The notes under the pieces were generated by a model, which saw nothing but the letters and a program-made list of their open reading frames with translations, did no database searches and had not been told where the DNA came from. Shown here in pieces: positions 1 to 12,600 of a stretch of 64,000 nt of DNA; the stretch's first letter is position 1; the number at the start of each line of letters is the position of its first letter. The DNA comes from Marsupella aquatica (lineage: Eukaryota; Plantae; Marchantiophyta): positions 9,112,287-9,176,286 of the forward strand of contig OZ316899.1 of the NCBI GenBank assembly GCA_973895155.1, written 5' to 3'. Made by a program: the position numbers and the translations under genes.

Positions 1-62
1 CAAAATTACCAAAAATAAAGAAAGATTTCTCAAAGTAAGTAAAGTGTCGTGGTTGTCTCCGT

Positions 63-1013
63 GTGTATCGACAAAGCAATGGTGGAAAGACTTCAAGGGT
101 GGACCCACTTAAGGAGGCTGCTTTGCAGTTGAAGGTTGAGTCAGCTAAGGTCAGGCCCGACTGCGGTCAAATTCCTGAAATTTTAGAGGAATTCAACAAT
201 GTGCTCTCGCAAAAGCTACCTAAAGGTTTACCCCCACAGAGAGAAGTGGATCACCAAGTTGAGTTGGAGCCAAGTTTGGCTCCTCAGGCTAAAGCTCCTT
301 ATCGTCTGAACCTGAATGAACGAATGATGTTGAAGAACGCCTTGGAAGAGTTGATCAACCAAGGGTTCATTTGTCCTTGTAAGAGTCCTTATGGGGCGCC
401 CACTCTGTTTGTGTCCCAAAAGGATGGTACTTTGAGATTGTGCGCAGAATATCGGGCCCTCAATAAGCAAACAGTAAAAAACAAGTACCTGTTACCTCAT
501 ATGGATGACCTCTTTGATTGCCTCTCCGAGGCTAAGAAGTTTTCAAAGGTGGACTTGCGGTCTGGGTATTACCAGATTCGCATGGCTAAGGGAGACGAGT
601 ATAAGACCACAATGCGCACAAGGTTTTGATCCTATGAATTTTTGGTTATGCCGTTCGGGTTGTGTAATGCAACCGCAATGTTCATGAAGATGATGAATAC
701 CATCTTTCATGACTTGTTGGACCAAGAAGTGGTCGTCTTTATTGACAACATCCTAATCTACTCAAAAATGTTGGAGGAACATGAGCAATTGCTCAGGGAA
801 GTGTTCTCTTGCCTTCGTAAGGCTTGTCTCTTTGCTAAACCTAGCAAGTGCAAGTTTGTGATGAACGAGATTCAGTTCCTGGGCCATACCTTTACCCCGG
901 AGGGGCCCTAAGGGGATTACGCCTAGTCAGGACAAGCATAAGGAGATCAAAGAATGGGAGCGCCCATCCAATGTAAGGCAGGTTAGAGTCGTCAAAGAAT
1001 GGGAGTGCCCGTT
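63..1013 (+). pseudogene. Ty3/Gypsy (chromovirus, Tcn1/Tf2-like) reverse transcriptase, decayed; 5' part
   Basis: Motifs [42 protein letters not shown] and VVVFIDNILIYS (degenerate YIDD), with an internal stop at 627-629. The reading frame resumes at 3343-3381 (NVRQIRVFLGFTG) and at 8095 after two insertions. Confidence 0.9.
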
Positions 1014-3337
1014 AGTCACGGAACTCAATTACCTTAACACTTAGCTCCGACGGCGCTGACTTCGACGCCAAGCTCCCTTATGGTCCAGGCCCTGATAGGC
1101 CATCCGGGAAGGACGTAGCATGGGGAGACTTGTGGGCAATGAGACGTGGCACTAGCAAAGACAAGGAGCCAAGCTCGTGACACACACACTAAGGACTTAG
1201 GCAAGCTAAGAGCTGGTCGGGTCAAGGGGAAAGGGGCCGGATTCAAGGTTGACCATCCAAGCCCCCGAACGGACTTTGAATTATGAGGGCTTATGTGTGA
1301 GCTCCTCTTGGGCCCAAGGCCAATGGAGTTGACGCCATGGGCAACGAACGCTTGGGGCGTGAGTTATGGCCCAATCTGGGTTTGGCCAATCAGGGATCCC
1401 AAACAGCGATGAGACCTGAGGGCCTGGGCATGAGCACTAGGTCAGCCCAATCACAATGGGCTAAGGCACTCCGCTTGCGGACCTAATGAGAAAGTTATGG
1501 GTATTGCCAGTTGGTGGCGCGCCCAGTATGCGCGATAGGATCCGCGTTTGAGGCCAAATGTTTAGGGACCAAAGTTGGTCCGGGGGTGGCAGGTCTCCAG
1601 AAGCAAATATGAGGGGAGTGGTGTCGTCCCTGGGGGCCAAGGGCGAGCCAAAGTCGTGAGCCACGACGGTCGCGACACTAAGGGAAAGCGCCAAACGGAA
1701 ATGGCGATATCTTTCCAACGGGAAGTCCGTTGCAAGACTTCTTGGGTGCATTAAAAACCTCTCAAGGAGGGCTACGTCCTACTGAGATCAGATGGTTCTG
1801 GGAGCACCATGTATTCTTGAGGTTTGCGGGTGTTAGCTCACCCGCTTGCCAAATCCTGTCGAACAACAATCAAACCGCGTTCAGTCTCCCAAGGGAGCTT
1901 GCGTTGGGAAGGCAAGGCCAAGTTGGCATGGAGGTTGAGTTCCAAGGGTGCTTGGCCCCCGTTGAGTTCCAAGGGTGCTTGCTTGCTAGAGTCGGGGCCG
2001 TTCTAGTCTTGACGTGTTTGGGACAAGCTTGGGACAAGCTTTAGGACAAGCTACGCTATTTGGGCCATGAGCATGTCCTGGGGTTAGGGCGATCAGTTGA
2101 TGATGGATAGGTACGAGGGGGAACCCGGGCCGCGCCCAATGAAGGAGCTATTCTAGACGAACAGTGGATGTTGTCGTGAGGACTTAAAGTTAGGGGCTCC
2201 TCATGCAAACTACGCATTTATGGGTGATATTGGGACAGGCGACAAGCACTTTTCAGAGAAAACTCACACTCCTTTATTTTTTTACTTTTCTCACAAAAGT
2301 TACAATGGGTGCCCTCGAGTAAGCTTGCCCACAAGAGTTTGGTAGCTGGCCCTACGACGGGCCGCTACCTCTAACTTGTCAAGCTGAACTCCTCAAGTGA
2401 CTATCTACTCAAAATCTGACGGAAAAACTCTCCTCCTTAGCTCACAAAACCAAAATTTGACTAGCTACTCCACTAGTCTAAAACAGCTCTCACGGAACTC
2501 GGGCCTGGACCAACGAGGCTCCAAACTCGAGAAATCCCGGCCTGGATCAACGAGGCTCCAAACTTGAGAAATCCCCGCCTGGATCGACGAGGCTCCAAAC
2601 TTGAGAAATCCCCGCCTGGATCGAAAACTCCACACCTGGATCCAACACCTGCACAAAACTCCAAAACCGCCGCACAATAGTCGAGTTCCGCAGAATGGAG
2701 CGGAACTCAGAGAACAAAACTCAATAGATCTCAATAGACAACCGCCAACCTCAATGAGCCGAGACTCAAGTCTTAAGTAGCATTGGAAACCCAACCATCT
2801 AGCCTGAGCCAGCTGCCATCAGCGAGGCTCATCCAAACTCCAAGCCTGGTGATCACCCAAACACCAAACCTGGTGACGACGAGTCACCCAATCACCAAAC
2901 CTCAATCCATCCAACCAAGCAACCCCTCCGAGTCAGCATGCACGCAACCCAACCGGGAGGCCTCGCCCATCATCCCCTATAAAAGCCATTCCTGAGCCAA
3001 AATCTTTCGGCATGACAATGTTGGTTCTGGTTTCGGCTTATGGCATCGGGAGGACCTATCGCTGACCTATTTACCAACGTCCGTTGAGTTTGAGTTAGGA
3101 TGCTAGACTTGGCGAGTTCTAGATCCTGAAAGGTTACTTACCGAGGTGCTTGGTTGCTTGTGCAGACAGTGAGGACCGTTGAGTAACTGTCAGGTTGGAG
3201 AGCAAGTGCGGCCGCTGACGGTGCAAGGGGCACTAGGTTGCTTGCTTGAGGTATTTTGTGGAGGAGTTTGGGCACCAGGGGCACTTAGGTGTGAGTGCTG
3301 GGATTGGTGAGGGCACTGGGTGGCAAGGTCCACCACT
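1014..3337. mobile_element. LTR-like repeat with AGT...ACT termini, copy 1 (contains a nested solo LTR at 2172-3017)
   Basis: Interrupts the RT. Flanked by CCGTT (1009-1013) and CCGTC (3338-3342), a near-perfect 5-bp TSD. Homologous end to end with 8378-9674. Confidence 0.7.
2172..3017 (-). mobile_element. Solo LTR (846 bp) of the Gypsy family at 27440-34031
   Basis: TG..CA ends, 4-bp TSD ATGT (2168-2171 and 3018-3021), reverse complement of 33181-34031, and internal ~37-bp tandem repeats at about 2505-2620. Confidence 0.93.
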
Positions 3338-3847
3338 CCGTCCAATGTAAGGCAGATTAGAGTCTTCTTAGGATTTACAGGTGTGACGCCGCCGGTACGG
3401 CGGTTAATGAGTGATTCAGTCTAACTGCGCTCGGCACGCGCGTTAGGTGGGTCTTAGGCCGCTATTATTAGCATAACGACAGTATTTAGGTAATCATTAG
3501 GGGTAGGACATCATTAGGCAATAAGGGGGACTTCAGGTTCGGGCTGGCGGCGGGTCGCTATTCGCACACCCGGGTTACGAGCGTGGAGGGGCCCCTCCCT
3601 CGGGTCCGTATAACGAACTTAAGGAAGCGGCCACTGACGCACGCTGACTCAGACCGGCGGAGTGGCCGGTACACCACAAGCGTGAGCGGTTCAACCTATG
3701 GGCGTCGAGGAGACGTCGGGGATCGACAAGCCCTCAAAGTATAAAAGGGGAGCCAACCCTTTGTAGTGCACCAGTCCATCAGTCCGCGCGCCAGCTTCGA
3801 CCCCAGCTCTCTCGTTCTCTCTAGGTCGCCACTACTATCTCCTCTGA

Positions 3848-6800
3848 ATGTCGCACACGATCCTCTCCAGCTCGGCCATTCGATTCTGGACGCAGTTCCT
3901 ATCTACCGGAAGGCACTTGGCCGATTCATTGAAACACGCCAACCCGCGCCGATACGAGATCGAACGCGAATACGAGAGAGCCATCCGCCTAGCAGGACGA
4001 CACCACTACGTCCTTAACTTTGACTACCCGTCTCAGAGCGAGCTTTACCGACCAGCTGAGGTATCTGGGTACTTCTTCAACGGAGACAAATATATCGGGT
4101 TCTGGGAAGCATTGCTTCGGCTTCCGGACGAGGTCTTCAATATCCCGGGTACAATCGACCTGCAGCGACATCACTTCGACCACATCCCTGCCCAGGTTCG
4201 GGCTGTCATTAACGGCGAGTCCAGTACCAACCGTTCGACAAGGGCGTTCGCACTCGCTTCGGAGAACTTCTACCAGCACCTGCAGAGCTTCATGGGAACT
4301 CGGCCATCAACCAACATGACCAACTCAGCCGGACCTGTACCCGTACCCGTACCCGTGCCCATGCAACCCCAGCCTCAACTTCAGCTTGTCTGCTTCGGCA
4401 GCCTTTGGATCTGGTATCGTTCTTCGTGCCCGGGGTTTAATCTTCCCCTCCTTCTTCACTCGTCTCTTCTTCTTTTTGCTCCGGCTTTCGCTCTCCAAGT
4501 CACTTCCTGATGAACTGGAGGTAGAGGATCCGATGCTTGAAGCTGAATCCGAACTGGATTCCGTCTCGGAGCTGGACGAGGTCGAACGATGTTTCTTCTT
4601 CTTCTTGCGTTTCTTCTTCCTCTCGTCGTCCGATTCGGAGTCACTGTCACTGAAGGTTTCGTACTTACCCTTCCTGCGGCGTGCTCGCTGGCTCCGCCGG
4701 GAGTTATAGGTGGACTCCCGGTAAGTTTCGGCGCACGCTATGGCCGCCTGCATTGAAATTGGATTATTCTGGCGTACCCAAAATTGCATATTCGTGGGCA
4801 AACCATGAAGGAACCATGTAAGCTGGAGCGCGTCTCCTGGCCTGGGCCGGATCTTGGCCGCAAGTTTCTGAAACTTCTGAATGAATTTCCGCAGGGACTC
4901 TTTTTTTCCCATGCGAAGCTGGCCAATCTTTAATAGAGAACGCTGTTCTGATCCAATGGCACGAAACTCCTGCAGCAATGCAGCTTGGAATTGTGCCCAG
5001 GTAGTCCCGGGTGGTAACAAGTTGTACCATGGACGAGCTTCTCCCCGCATCACTCCCGGAAGGACGGTTAGCTTAATGGCGTCTTCCCCATTAGCTTTAG
5101 CAGTGGCTTCAAACTCATCCAACCATTCATCCGGATCATCCCCATGACGCCCTTTGAAAGGTTGATAATGAAATCGCGATCGTTGCGATATTTGTGGAGG
5201 CGCCTGAGCAGCGCGGGCCACCGGTGGAGCGGCTGCCATAGGTGGTGGTGGTGGTGGTGGTGGTGGTGGAACCGCAGTAGGGCCGGTCGAACCGGACCCC
5301 GAAGATCCCGGGGGTATGTTCATACGTCGGGACGATTGCGAGTCCTCCGAGCCCGACGAGTCGGAGCTTGTTGTGGTTGCACTTTCTCGTTGGCTGGTCA
5401 ATCTCCTCAAGTAAGCTGCTTGAGAACGAGTGACGGGCATTTACTCATATAAATGCAATGGTTAGTCCTGATGTATCCTGCCTAGGTGAATACGCACATG
5501 TCTCCCCTCTACGATATGTAGAGTGCCCCCTCCATCTAGCGCCAAAACAAAGGCTATGTCACGTCGTAGGCTTCGGCCTTAACTCAGACTTCAGCTTCAG
5601 CCTCAGCCGCAGCCTAGCCAAACCCCACCACCTATCACCCAGCCAGCACAGGTATGCTCTGTCATCAACGCTGTAGATCTTAGCGATGACGACGAGGCTA
5701 CCCCACCCTTGACCAGGCGGCCCAGAGGAACAAGCGCGCGGGGGGCCAAGTACCAATCTTCAAGTTTTCCCTCAGAGGGATCAGTAGACAACGGGTTCGT
5801 GATGAGGACCTGCCTCATGCCCGAGATAGCTGAGCGGCTGGAGTTCCAGAGGTACGCTCTCCACATGATGGAACCCCGGGGGGAGATCTCCGCCGCCCAG
5901 GTTATCCAGGTCGAGAACTATCGACCTAGGAAATGGGCGTCGTACTTCGCTAAGAAATTCCATGAAGAGATGGAGCGGCGAAGGAAGACGCTGTACATTG
6001 GCGGGAAGGCGTATTTCGCTAGCCATATCGAAATCATTCTTGAGTGGTACGCCCGGTTTGATCGACAAACCCTTCCCCGCATCAACGTTACAAAGCTGGT
6101 CCCAGCTAGGTGGGTTTTTCCGGCATTGGAGAGACGGCCCCAACCCGAGGCCCGAAGTCCAGTGGACACGCCAGCTTCACCCACCCCACCTCCACAAATA
6201 GCTGTAATCGTAACCGAGGAGGCACCGGAGGGGTCGGTCGTTGCAACCGTTGATGCGACCCAACTAGCCGGGCTAAGTACAGAAGTTGGTACGGCAGAGG
6301 TCTTACCCGAACCCGGGTCTCCCAAGGACCCGCCGGTGGCAATTCCGGAGAACCGGACATCGCTGCAGGAGGACACTCCAGCCCCTTCCAACGTTATGTC
6401 CCCAGGGCTGGACGTCACTGCCCAGGCCCCTGCGCGTGTTGATGTCTGCCCGTGCCCAAATCCGGACAGGCACAACTTGGACCACCCGGAACTCTTCGTA
6501 CAGGGTACGTTTCTGAACGGGCTTCTGGGAGATTTCTCTCATCAAATTGCCCGGGATACCAGGGAGTTCATGGCCCGGAAGGTAGCCTGTTTCTTCAATC
6601 AGGAGTTGGTTGTCGCCGTAAAGGCAGGTCGGGCCCAGTCAGAGGCCCTTCAGAGGATAGAGCGGTACCGGGTGGAGTCCGTGTACCTAAAGAACGAAGT
6701 GGCGGCTCAAGAGGCTGAGCTTCTGCAACTACGACCCAAGGTTGCAGCCACCGATGAGTTGTTAGCAAAGGCGTACGCTCTTACCGCCCTAGCCGAACAG

Positions 6801-7190
6801 GCCAAAGCTGGGAACGAGGCCGAGATTACACGACTCCGGAATCAGATTGACAGTTTGAAGAAACAAGCTGTCACCTGGCAGAAAGACCTGGAGGAGGCCG
6901 AGGAGCGAGCCCAGCGGGACGCGACGGAGATAGCCATGCTGCAGGCCGAGATGGCGCGGCTCCAAACCGAGGCCGAGAAGCAGGACCAGCTGGCGAGTAA
7001 ACTGACGAGCGACGCCCAGCAGCTGGAGGAGGCATGTCAGGAGGCAGCAGAGGAGACGAACGCGGCGAGGCGAGAGAACGAATCTCTGCTGGACCAGGTC
7101 CAGCTCCTCAAAGCGGACAATGACAGGCTTCGAAGGCAGCGGGATGGCCGTTCCCATTCGGGCGGCTCTGGCAAGCGTGCCAGGCATTAG
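3848..7190 (+). CDS. LTR-encoded protein of about 710 aa (3848-4387 joined to 5598-7190), C-terminal coiled coil, interrupted by an inverted insert
   Basis: ...PMQPQPQLQL ending at 4387 continues in frame as QPQPQPSQTPPP...LTRRPRG into ORF 5709-7190. The C-terminus is heptad-rich in E/A/Q/L. Confidence 0.7.
4388..5440 (-). pseudogene. gag: Retrotransposon gag, truncated N-terminal capsid part, inverted inside its own LTR
   Basis: MPVTRSQA start, FKGRHGDDPDEWLDEFE, GEARPWY and LRMGKKESLRKFIQKF. Clearly homologous to the gag at 46539-48384. Confidence 0.88.
5527..5544 (-). promoter_or_regulatory. Primer-binding site (plant tRNA-Asn-like)
   Basis: The minus strand reads TGGCGCTAGATGGAGGGG, 12 nt after an inverted copy of the LTR 3' end (5557-5597) and upstream of gag. 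Confidence 0.8.
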
Positions 7191-8094
7191 CGGCGGAGTA
7201 GGAATAGATTAGGATTAGGATTGGCTTAGTCAGGCTCTTGGGACAGGCACCTGCCTTAGGTACAGCAGCGCTGCCCTGCTGTCCAGCCTGCGTAGATTAG
7301 GATCTTCTAATAAGACACAGCCGTTTTCCGGCCTGACTGTCAGCTTAGTTAGGACCTTAGTCAGCGAATCTTCGGTGAGAGGACACCCCGTTCCTCGGCT
7401 CTTAGTATTTAGTGCACCCCTCGGTAGAGGCAAGGGGGGGGTTTTTAGTTTCAGAGTCGGACATCCGCGGGACATGCGGGGAGTCCCGACCTCTGGGAAT
7501 GACAGAGTACCAAGGGGAGGGGGTAGGACTAAGCTCGCCGGGCGAGTGCGGAGCCGGGCTCCGTTGTAGTGTGCACCCTCGGCCTTGAACCTGTGCATTC
7601 CAGGGCTGTCGTGTCAACTAAGTGTACGCATATGTTCCCTTTGTAGTAAAATCCTTTCCCATCATTTTTCCTTCGTGTAAATCGAGATTGTATGCATGTG
7701 TGCGCATATTGTGTGGGTTTCTCGTATATGGGTGGCAGCGCCGGGCCGAACGCACTACCCGAGACGTGCACAGGGTGCAGCCTACGGGTAAGTGGTTGCG
7801 AGCACGGGTTGAGGACCTGTATCATCGAATTCGGATCGAAGGCGGACAGCACAAAGGCTTAGAAGCCCTTAAGCCGGGGTCGATCCTGCTATCGACTAAG
7901 GTACGTTCCGGCGGCGGAACACAAACCATACCTAGGATGTGTCCGTATTTAGCAGTATGCGCACTTAGCGCTAGTTTACGAGAATAAGGTGCATTACGTG
8001 CTTCCCTTCCTGCCCGAACCCTCAGATTTACGAGGGATGTGCCCGTCTAAGCTGAAGTCTGAGTTAAGGCCGAAGCCTACGATGTGACAACAGG

Positions 8095-8360
8095 GTTCTA
8101 TCGGAGATACATAAAAGACTATGCGAGGATTGTGAGGCCCCTAAACGCGCTAATGATGAAAAACAAAGTGTTTGTGTTGACACAGGATTGTGAGTTAGCA
8201 TTCCTAGAACTCAAGCGGCTAATGATAACACCGCCAATTCTAAAGTAACGTGAGATGGGGAAGCCATTCAAGATTTGGACAAACGCAAGTGATTACGCCA
8301 TTGGCACCTGTCTTCACCAAGATGGGTGTCCGATGGCTTTTGAGTCATGTAAGTTGGAAA
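8095..8360 (+). pseudogene. RT connection/RNase H remnant of the 63-1013 element
   Basis: FYRRYIKDYARIVRPL...PFKIWTNASDYAIGTCLHQDGCPMAFESCKL. Confidence 0.85.
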
Positions 8361-8377
8361 ATCATTGGATCACACCA

Positions 8378-9674
8378 AGTCGCAGAACTCGTCTACCTTA
8401 ACACTTAGCTCCGGCGTTGCTGACTCCAATGCCAAGCTCCCTTACGGTCCAGGCCCGGATAGGCCATCCGGGGAGGACTTAGCATGGGGAGACTTGTGGG
8501 CAATGGGAAATGGCACTGGCAAAGGCAAGGCGCCAAGCTAGTGTGACACACTAAGAACTTAGGCTAGCTTAGAGCTGGTTGGGTCAAGGGGAAACGGGTC
8601 GGACTCAAGGTCGACCGTCCGGACCCCCAAACGGACTTTGAGTTCTGAGGGCTTGAGTGAGAGCTCCTCTTGGGCCCAAGGCCAATGGAGTTGACGCCAT
8701 GGGCAACGGACGCTTGGGGCGCAAGTTATGGCCCGATCCGGGTTGGGCCAGTTGGGGGCCCCAAGCGGCAATGAGACCTGAGGGCCTAGGCATGAGCACC
8801 GGGCCGGCCCAATCATAAAGGGCTAAGGCACTCTGCTTGCGAGTCGCGGCGATCGTAGGAAAATGCCAAATGGAAACGACGATAACTTCCCAATGAGAAG
8901 TCCGTTGGGGGACGCCTTGGGTGTGTTAGAAATCTCTCAAGAAGGACTACATCCTCTTGAGCTCAGCTGGGTCTGGTGTTGCCATAGGTTCTTGAGGTTT
9001 GTAGGTGTTATCTCGCCCGCTTGCCAGATCCTGTCGAAACAACGGCCAAGCCGCGTTCAGTCTCTCAAGGGAGCTTGCGTTAGGGAGGCAAGGCCAAGTA
9101 GGCATGGAGGTTGAGTTCCAAGGGAAGTTGGCCCCTAGACCATCACGGGGCAAGAACCGGGAGTTAGTTGTTGAAGTCGGGGTCATTTTGGTCCTGGCAT
9201 GCACGGACAAGCTTGGGACAAGCTTAGGACAAGCTACCCTATTTGGGCCATGAGCATGTCCAGGGGCAAGGAGGTCAGTTGGTGATGGGTAGGTACGATG
9301 GGAACCCGAACTGCACACAAGGAAGGAGCTATTCAGGACAAACAATGGGCGTCGATACTTGTTCTGGCTTATGGTATCGGGAGGACCTATCGCTGACCTA
9401 CTTACCAATGTCTGTTGAGCTTGAGTTAGGATGCAAGACTTGGGAGATCTAAATCCTAAAGGGTTACTTACCAAGACGCTTGGTTGCTTGTGCAGGTGGT
9501 GAGGACCGTTGAGTAACGGTCGTGTTGGAGAGCAAGTGCGGCTTCGTATGGGAGGGGCTGCTGGTGGTGCAAAGGGCACTAAGTTGCCTGCTCAAGGTAT
9601 TATGTGGAGGCATTCGGGCACTTAGGCGTGGGTGCTAGGATTGGTGAGGGCGCTGGGTGGCAAGGTCCACCACT
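8378..9674. mobile_element. LTR-like repeat with AGT...ACT termini, copy 2
   Basis: Colinear with 1014-3337, lacking the nested LTR and about 180 bp. No matching TSD (CACCA vs CAAAT). Confidence 0.7.
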
Positions 9675-12600
9675 CAAATCATACCAGACGACAATTGTGG
9701 AGAGCGATCAGCTTGTCACATTTGAGCATAATTTTTGGGATTTTGGGTAGATGTCCTTATGCTCTTGTCATTCTCTGCCGGTCATGAAACATCATTAATA
9801 GCGCCGCCATAAATATTGGAAAACTGTACCACACGACAATCTGGCAGAGCGAGCACCCTATCATTTTTGGGCAGAATATTGGGATTTCTATCTGGGATTT
9901 GTATATATCGGGTAGTTGTCCTTATTCTCTCGTCATTCTCTAGCAAGACGTGGATGGTTCCGAGGACAAATTCTGGCACGGGTTTGGGTCCAAGGTTTGC
10001 TTCTAGGCGCCCAATCAACGGTCATGATACGACACGGGATTTCATTTGTGTCCTGTCATAACATAGAAGTTTTATGTTGTTTAAGATTTGTGAACTCCGT
10101 CACCTCACAACACAAGGTACTCTCTTAGAATATTTGTTTAGGACAATTATCTGTACGTCATTTCTTTCAGAAATTCTACTAAATAGGGGTACTATAATAG
10201 GATATTTGATTTCAAAGAGGAATTAGACCTCATTTCTTCCAAAAGTGCCTCTAATTGTAGATCTATAATGGGATAATTGGACTTCATTTCTTCTTAATTG
10301 AGGACAATTGGGGGTCCTCTCATGGGTTATGTTTTGGTATTTAGGAATTGGAATTTAATTGTAATAAAAGTTATCAGCTGGGGGTTCCCTTGATGTGATA
10401 TTACATGGATAATGCAAATTGGTGATTTGTACCCTGTTGGGAATGAACAATTGGACTTTGCTTCTCTCTTAGAATGAAGCATTGAACAATAGTGGGTCCT
10501 TTCCTCATTCTCTCCTTACTTCTTGTGGGACTTTTTGTCATAAATGCATATGATTGTGATAATTCCATGACTTTTGGGAGATGTTTAGATATAAGTGGAT
10601 GCTCTACACAAGGCTTGCCTAGCCATCAAACCACGTTATGTTTCTAGCTGATGAACCGTATTCCTTACTCATTCTACAAAAGCCTTGTGTTGAGGGATAT
10701 TGACATGCATGTTTTATTCGATCTGTTGACCGTAGCGGCAAACAAGTTCAGAACTTGTCGTTGTTGCTCTTTTGCTGTCGGTGAATGAATCCCATCTTGT
10801 CTCCACGCGACAATCGTGTCAAAGTTATTGTCAAACTTGAATTGGTCCACAATATGTTTTCCCTTGGGGATCGAGTTCATCCTTCTTGAACGATGAACCG
10901 GTTGCGGATGGGACGGTTTTCAGCATTACTCCCTTGCACTCTTGCCACTACATTATGATTGGGGACCATCAAATCAGTGTTTCTATTCAGGATGCATTCT
11001 TCCACCTTGTTGAGTTGCCTTATCCAAATGCGGGGTATTTACAAAAGACAGGAACCAGGAAACAATAACAAGAAACAGTTACTGTTACCAGGAGAAATGG
11101 AGAAAAAAACCTGAAAGATTGGACCAATGTTTTTAAAAGGTTTACAAAAAACCAAAATTAAACCCCATTTTCAGTCATTTTCATTAACATCGTCCAATTG
11201 TGGGGGAATTTCCCGTCGGGTAGTGGTCAAAAGCAAAAAGGTGTTGCCAAAATTTGCGATGATTAATAGCACCCAGCGCTAGTATGCCTGAAGGAAGGGG
11301 AAGTTTTAGGTAATCCTAAAATTAGGCAAAAGTTGGCAAATCTACGTAACCTCAATCGAGAAGAGAACATACATTTTAAAATCAAGCGTTTCCAACCAAT
11401 AGAGGCCACGATACACGTTGAACATTTCCAACGATGGGCGCTAGCTTAAATCTCAGACTCTAGAAATCAATATGTAACATATGACCTTATTTACATGATC
11501 CATAGATATTTTTAACATATAGTACAACCAAAAAACAAACACGGCATACAATGAACATAAGCAGCGCTCGGCGCTAGCTCAAATCTTGGAATCAAGAAAT
11601 CATCATGTAACCTCAAGCGATAAGAGAACCAGAGATGGGAAATGAAGCCGATCCAAAACTGTAATCTTTATTTCCAAAATGGGCCAAACATATAACCGGA
11701 ATTACATGAACCATAGATCATACAAAAAACAAAGCCCACGGGATACGATGAAAATAAGCAACGCTTGGCGCTAGCTTAAATCTTGCTCTCTAAAAAGAAA
11801 ATCGTATCCAATCCAAAAAAGTTGAAGCTTCTGCCACTCGAAGCACCTCCGGCTCAAACACCTTTAGCTCTGCAATTGGCAGTCATTGTCAACGCCTGCC
11901 CTGGCCTGTTTGTGGTTTTGCTTGAACCCTAGACCCTTGAGCTACACATAAGAGGTCAAGGGATGCCGATGCTCAGCATATTGATTACCGGGGTCCGGAA
12001 CATTTGTATCTAGGAAGTCAACGTGTCCCAATCGCTCTTGCACTCGACGTTCAATAGGATGCTGACCATCAACAAGAATGACTTCATGAAATGAGAACCA
12101 ATCAGCAAATGCGTGCGGAGTGTCCCGGTTGTCAGTCCACAGTATTTTTCTCTCCCTTCGACTAATCGCCTCATTGTAAGGAAGAGCAAAACGATTCCGA
12201 AAAGTTGAGGTCTCGGTGGAAGTGTCGGCACAAACTGACTCAAAGGAGCTAAAGTGACTCTCCTCCGGTCAAACTCTAGAAGGACCGAAAAGGCAAACAT
12301 CTCCTCCAAAGACATGAGTTCCTTCCTCTCCATCTGATGGGAACTGTTAAACAAAACAGAGGCTAATCACAACACCAATGTTGTTGAAATGACCCAACTT
12401 TGAGAGAGCTTCTGCCTGAAAATGACTCGCAAGAGTGACCTAATGTAGAGTACAAGTAATCACCGGCATCGGTAACACAACAAGGTTAAACGGCCAAAGG
12501 ACCGTTGAGAAAACAATTATATCCCGACCCCAACATTTGAGATAGAGACAACTGTTACCGGTAACGACAAAATACGAGTGGCAACGCAACAAAGACAAGA

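Larger units (their letters stand above)
3382..8089 (+). mobile_element. Giant ORF-bearing solo LTR, family A (Athila/Tat-related), with an internal inverted PBS-gag segment
   Basis: TGTGAC...GTGACA ends and 5-bp TSD ACAGG (3377-3381 and 8090-8094). The host RT frame is restored when it is removed. TATAAAA at about 3740. Confidence 0.88.

Noticed and set aside
5557-8089. TIR DNA transposon bounded by 41-bp inverted repeats
   Set aside because: There is no TSD around 5557-8089. The left repeat is the inverted LTR end travelling with the PBS and gag.
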